Positions 59,155-63,142 of a stretch of DNA of 63,142 nt are shown one piece after another (within the stretch, counting starts at the first letter, position 1; each line of letters begins with the position of its first letter). This stretch comes from an uncultured Candidatus Saccharibacteria bacterium (GTDB lineage: Bacteria; Patescibacteriota; Minisyncoccia; Phycocordibacterales; CAIZLB01): positions 1 to 63,142 of the forward strand of contig CAZFOD010000006.1 of NCBI GenBank assembly GCA_964520545.1. The letters are read 5' to 3'. The translations under genes were made by a program, and so were the position numbers. The notes under the pieces were generated by a model. It saw only the letters and a program-made list of their open reading frames with translations, had not been told where the DNA came from and ran no database searches.

Positions 59155-59862
59155 TTACTCAGTAGCGCGAGCCACGACGAGCGAATTGACATGCCGATGA
59201 GTTGGAACAAAGGAAGGACAGGTGCAACTAAACTCACTGCATCCTGGGCAACCCTTTTCGAACACTCTCGAGAACTCCTCGATAAGGCTAAACTGGAAGG
59301 TATTCGCAATCGCCAGGCAGTGTGCCAAGACGTCGATCAGTTCCTCCTCGAGATTGGCGAATGCGTCTCTGTCACCGTGTTCAATCACCTGCAACGCAGC
59401 GTCACCAAACTCTGCAGTTTCCTGCACCAGATGGCGCATGGAGCTTTCGAAGGTGTTTCCTGGGTAGATGCTTGCCATCATCCGCTGATTATCCGCAATC
59501 GACGCCTGGAACAGTCCCAGGGTTGGGATTGGGAGTTTGGAACGACTGTCAGCTCTGCTACCAGGCTTACATCCACAAGGTGCACCAACGCAGTACGGGC
59601 ACACCCCCGGGAACTTCCACACAAGCCTGTCGCTAATGAGGAGACCCAGCGAATTCGCAGCGCCAATTCCCCACGCAGCAACAAGGACTACCGCATTGAT
59701 GATGAGCGCGGGGTCTTTCCCACCTGACTTTTCCGCGATGGTTGCGTGACGCGCCATCTTGATTGCCGCTGTCCGCAGATCGAAATTTCGATTCTGACGG
59801 TTGTAGATCCAAGACAGGTGCTGTTGCAACTGCACGAATCTCCAAGCTTTTGAGATTTTCAT
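59155..59862 (-). CDS. internally duplicated all-alpha MazG-like NTP pyrophosphohydrolase-like protein with two CPxC-x5-CxC knuckles (G+C-rich cassette)
   Basis: The second half reads LVQETAEFGDAAL...NLEEELIDVLAHCLAIAN (an EXXE...EXXD pattern). Each helical half ends in a Cys knuckle: CPYCVGAPCGC and CPGCSEFSCTC. Preferred over the + strand ORF 59116..59727. Confidence 0.55.
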   Translation of the reverse strand: MKISKAWRFVQLQQHLSWIYNRQNRNFDLRTAAIKMARHATIAEKSGGKDPALIINAVVLVAAWGIGAANSLGLLISDRLVWKFPGVCPYCVGAPCGCKPGSRADSRSKLPIPTLGLFQASIADNQRMMASIYPGNTFESSMRHLVQETAEFGDAALQVIEHGDRDAFANLEEELIDVLAHCLAIANTFQFSLIEEFSRVFEKGCPGCSEFSCTCPSFVPTHRHVNSLVVARATE

Positions 59863-59938
59863 AGGTTGGTACCTCTCTTTCTGTCACTGACCATACCACA
59901 TTTTATAGATAAATCAAGAATACTTTGTTTTAGAATGA

Positions 59939-60619
59939 TTACCCGAGCTTAGCTGTAACCGCTGCCCATACGAGTTTCTCAACCTCTTCGATTGATAGGA
60001 GTTTTCCATTTGGGGCGCACTCGATTGTTGTCCAACCGAACTTCTTAGCAACATAGAGATATGCTTCTGAAGCTTTCTGAAGGTGGTCGAGATCTGCTTC
60101 ATGTATGTCCCGTTTTTTACCAGCAGTATATTCACGAGCAGATTTCTTATCAACCAACGCTTGCCCAATCTCTGGAGGAACAAAGAGGAAAATAGTCATA
60201 TCAGGTTCAGGACTTCCAAGAACCTTGTACTCGAGATTAGCCAACCAATCTAGATACGTATCTCGTTCATTGAGATCAGAAATCTTTCCCGCTTGATGAC
60301 CCATGTTCGCGGAAACATATCGATTACTTATGACATGCTTTCCTTCGCTCAACCATTTCTTCATGTCGAAAGAACGATCATATCTGTCGAGAGCATAGAA
60401 AAGTGATCCTGTGTACGGACCAACACTTTCTGCTGTTCCATATTCTCCACGTAAATATTTTTCTACAAAAAAGGAAGATGGATTTCCATACTGTGGAAAG
60501 TCCGTTGTTTCAAATGAAATATTTGTTGCTCTAAGCCTATCTGTTAAAAGCTTAACTTGCGTTCCCTTTCCAGAGCCATCCGTTCCTTCAATGACAATAA
60601 ATTTTCCTTTTGTTGTCAT
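59939..60619 (-). CDS. tmk: thymidylate kinase
   Basis: GKFIVIEGTDGSGKGTQ (P-loop), DRY motif and a lid region. Confidence 0.93.
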   Translation of the reverse strand: MTTKGKFIVIEGTDGSGKGTQVKLLTDRLRATNISFETTDFPQYGNPSSFFVEKYLRGEYGTAESVGPYTGSLFYALDRYDRSFDMKKWLSEGKHVISNRYVSANMGHQAGKISDLNERDTYLDWLANLEYKVLGSPEPDMTIFLFVPPEIGQALVDKKSAREYTAGKKRDIHEADLDHLQKASEAYLYVAKKFGWTTIECAPNGKLLSIEEVEKLVWAAVTAKLG

Positions 60620-60624
60620 ATAAA

Positions 60625-61824
60625 TTATTTCCTTAATACCATATCAATCTTCTCCGCAATCTTCTTAAAGTCCTTTTCCTTTCTTCCCCGTGTTGTTTCA
60701 GCTGCAGAACCAAGTCGAATTCCTGAAGGATCAAAGGCTGTTCGAGTTTCTCCTGGAATCGTATTCTTGTTAACGATGATGCCTGCTTTCTCTAATCTGT
60801 CACTTGCGTCTGTTCCAGAAATCCCCTTTCCATCCATCCAAACATCTACCAGCACCAAATGCGTATCTGTTCCTCCTGAAATGATTTTCCAACCGAGTCT
60901 TTGTAACTCTTTTGCAAGCACAGCTGCATTCTTGATGACTTGTTTCGCGTAAGACTTGAACGCAGGTGTTGAAGCTTCTTTTAATGCGATTGCAACCGCT
61001 GCAATTTGATTCACATGAGGGCCACCCTGAAGACCCGGAAATATTGCCTTGTCGATAAGCTCTCCAAAAGAACGCTCTTTTCCTTTTTCATCTTTCTGAG
61101 TTCTCGATTGATGTGTAAAGATGAGAGCGCTTCTTGGACCTCGGAGTGTCTTATGCACCGTGGTTGTCACAACATCTGCATATGTAAAAGGCGAACCATA
61201 TTGCTTGCCAGCAACGAGCCCAGCAAAGTGAGACATATCAACCATCATGATTGCTCCGCACGCATCACATATTTCACGGAACTTTTTAAAATCAACCTTG
61301 CGTGGATATGCCGTGAATCCACAAACAATTAATTTTGGCTTTTCTTTAATTGCCAATGCTTTAACTGCAGCGTAATCAATCATCTCTGTCTTTGGGTCTA
61401 CTCCGTAAGGAATCTGCTCCCAGAATTTTCCAGTCGCTGAAACTTTGTGTCCGTGTGTAAGGTGTCCACCATGTGAAAGTGACATTCCCATTATCTTCTC
61501 CCCTTTCGGAACAAGAGCAACATATACAGCAAGGTTTGCTGGTGAACCAGAAAGAGGTTGCACATTAACACGCCATTCATTCGCCTTTAGTCCGAAAGCT
61601 TTGATCGCTCTCTCCTGTGCTGTAACTTCTATCTTGTCTATGAATTCATTACCGCCGTAATATCGTGCTCCTGGATATCCTTCTGCGTACTTGTTTGTGA
61701 GTTCAGAACCGAGAGCTTCAAGTACATCTTTTGAAACATAGTTTTCAGACGCGATGAGATTGATAACTTTCTTCTGTCGTGCTTTTTCGAGGGTGATTAG
61801 TTTCTTGATTTGGGCGTCTTTCAT
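60625..61824 (-). CDS. glyA: serine hydroxymethyltransferase
   Basis: INLIASENY, YAEGYPGARYYGG, the PLP-lysine block TTTVHKTLRGPR, and LQGGPH. Confidence 0.95.
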   Translation of the reverse strand: MKDAQIKKLITLEKARQKKVINLIASENYVSKDVLEALGSELTNKYAEGYPGARYYGGNEFIDKIEVTAQERAIKAFGLKANEWRVNVQPLSGSPANLAVYVALVPKGEKIMGMSLSHGGHLTHGHKVSATGKFWEQIPYGVDPKTEMIDYAAVKALAIKEKPKLIVCGFTAYPRKVDFKKFREICDACGAIMMVDMSHFAGLVAGKQYGSPFTYADVVTTTVHKTLRGPRSALIFTHQSRTQKDEKGKERSFGELIDKAIFPGLQGGPHVNQIAAVAIALKEASTPAFKSYAKQVIKNAAVLAKELQRLGWKIISGGTDTHLVLVDVWMDGKGISGTDASDRLEKAGIIVNKNTIPGETRTAFDPSGIRLGSAAETTRGRKEKDFKKIAEKIDMVLRK

Positions 61825-61879
61825 GGTTTTAAGGTTAGTAAGGTAATTATACGTAAAAGTATTAAAAGGGCGAAATTGA

Positions 61880-63007
61880 CTAATCTATCAAATCTGTGAG
61901 GTATTTAGGCACATCAATAAACCCTTTTTCATCAATTTTATGAGTGGCCGCGTGAATGGTTGAACCAAAAAGCAAAGACATCGTACGTTCCATCTCAGCG
62001 GGCGTTGCACCATTTCTCTTGCCTTTAAATGTTATCGGAAATCCGTTATTTGCCACTGTTATGTTTTCAAACGTCATATCATCATGCGTAGCCTGCTGTT
62101 TAAAAAGATCTCTCATTTTCCACAGTTCGAATTCACGATCAGAAGATGACATTGAAACAAAATACAATTTCTTATCAGTCTTTTTATTTAAATCAACCAA
62201 CTGCTCGTGATTGAGCACTTGATAGCCAGTGCTACCAATAACAATATCGCAACCAGTTGAAAGAATTAGTTGGACCGGGTCATATTCTCCCTGATTTCTA
62301 TCGTAGGTAGATGTTTCAAACTCCTGACCAAGAACTTTAGACATTTCAATCCCAATTGGGCCTTGCCCGAGAACAAGAAACTTTGGCTGTTTTAAATCCC
62401 ACTTGATCAATGACTCTCGGAGATTCTCAATTGCCACACGAATGACAAAGGGTGTTTCTTTTTGCAACTTTATCATTGATCGAGCAACATTCAGTACTGG
62501 AAACTTTAAATCCACATGCTCGAGCTTTCTAAAACCTGAGGAGGTTTGTTCCACTCCAGCAATGGGATATTTTCCAATGTCAGCTGAAACTTTGAGAACC
62601 TCGGCACCATCATCTAGAATTACAAAGGTGTCATAATTCACACCTTTGTTTTCCAAAAGCTTCTGTGCGTGCGCGCGGTGTTGTTCATCAAAAGATTTCG
62701 AGAAATCAAAGAGTGGTTGTTCCACATCAATTCCAACAACCTTCATCTCGTCTGCAACATCAAAACTTGTAGAATATATTTTTCCCAATACGTGAATATT
62801 TTCTGGTCTAACACCCAATTGAATCATTTGTTCATACATCACAAGCTGAGGTTCGAGGATATGCTGACACGCTACTATATGTATTTTGGAAAGGGTGCTT
62901 TTTTGTTCTAATGTTAAATTCTTCTCAAAAAATTCTGTTACCCTTTTAAGCCCTCCATACAGGAAGGGTTTTACTGTTGACTCTTTGGTTTGGATGTTTT
63001 CTGACAT
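61880..63007 (-). CDS. divergent S-adenosylhomocysteine-hydrolase-fold NAD-binding protein (375 aa)
   Basis: Collinear with SAHH blocks but degenerate. IHIVACQHILEPQLVMYEQMIQLG corresponds to ..LH.T..TA.LIETL..LGA. ILDDGAEV corresponds to DDGGD. GVEQTSSGFRKL corresponds to EETTTGV. LNVARSMIKLQKET corresponds to NVNDSVTKSKFDN. VLGQGPIGIEMSKVL corresponds to GYGDVGKG. Confidence 0.6.
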   Translation of the reverse strand: MSENIQTKESTVKPFLYGGLKRVTEFFEKNLTLEQKSTLSKIHIVACQHILEPQLVMYEQMIQLGVRPENIHVLGKIYSTSFDVADEMKVVGIDVEQPLFDFSKSFDEQHRAHAQKLLENKGVNYDTFVILDDGAEVLKVSADIGKYPIAGVEQTSSGFRKLEHVDLKFPVLNVARSMIKLQKETPFVIRVAIENLRESLIKWDLKQPKFLVLGQGPIGIEMSKVLGQEFETSTYDRNQGEYDPVQLILSTGCDIVIGSTGYQVLNHEQLVDLNKKTDKKLYFVSMSSSDREFELWKMRDLFKQQATHDDMTFENITVANNGFPITFKGKRNGATPAEMERTMSLLFGSTIHAATHKIDEKGFIDVPKYLTDLID

Positions 63008-63142
63008 AGCCTTTATATGGCTTAAAAGAAGTGGATTTACTTTTATACACTACCAGATGTCTATAAATATAGAAACTCTACTGGCTATGATAAAATTACT
63101 CTATGAAAAATCCCCACGATGAAACCTACCTTGATATCCTCC

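Noticed and set aside
59116-59727. 203-aa + strand ORF, with 59222..59467, 59322..59636 and 59537..59749, overlapping the MazG-like gene.
   Set aside because: These are typical shadow ORFs of G+C-rich DNA, with Arg/Ser/Pro-rich low-complexity translations and no motif. The minus-strand ORF has the EXXE...EXXD signature, repeated Cys knuckles and a downstream terminator.

Overview
This window is a contiguous chromosomal segment at about 40-45% G+C by hand counts, with about 50 of 55 genes on the minus strand. It has the look of a small-genome Candidate Phyla Radiation / Patescibacteria (Parcubacteria-like) bacterium. That placement is an inference from intron-bearing, unlinked rRNA genes, many large secreted or anchored orphan proteins, and a minimal housekeeping set.

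Housekeeping genes I can support:
- pyk, secD, secF, a polyprenyl-phosphate sugar transferase, a GT4 glycosyltransferase and a SEDS (FtsW/RodA) protein
- rplJ-rplL, ftsK, recA, efp and rpsF-ssb-rpsR
- a TatD-family hydrolase, metG, an AI-2E permease, an M16 peptidase, glyQS, recO, ileS, trhO and argS
- dut, tmk, glyA and a divergent SAHH-fold protein

RNA genes:
- tRNA-Ile(GAU)
- A stand-alone 16S gene
- A separate 23S - tRNA-like - 5S unit; the 23S carries two ORF-less intron-like insertions at conserved core sites

Observations most worth a second look:
1. A complete histidine-phosphatase domain nested inside the IleRS catalytic core.
2. An about 8.3 kb surface-protein cluster: a 1394-aa beta-propeller fibre protein, an FN3 protein, two paralogous WxL-like secreted proteins and a DUF916/DUF3324-like anchored protein.
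3. A secreted beta-helix + LCAT-like lipase/acyltransferase.
4. A 16S 3' end without the CCUCC anti-Shine-Dalgarno core, together with near-absence of SD motifs upstream of genes.
5. A tRNA-like gene between 23S and 5S with a 16-nt (non-canonical) anticodon arm, alongside almost complete avoidance of TGA stops.
6. Four short, G+C-richer, self-terminated orphan cassettes wedged between housekeeping genes, one of them an internally duplicated MazG-like protein between dut and tmk.

No CRISPR array, transposase, integrase or recognisable defence system was seen. All homology calls are by-eye motif recognition and need HMM or BLAST confirmation.
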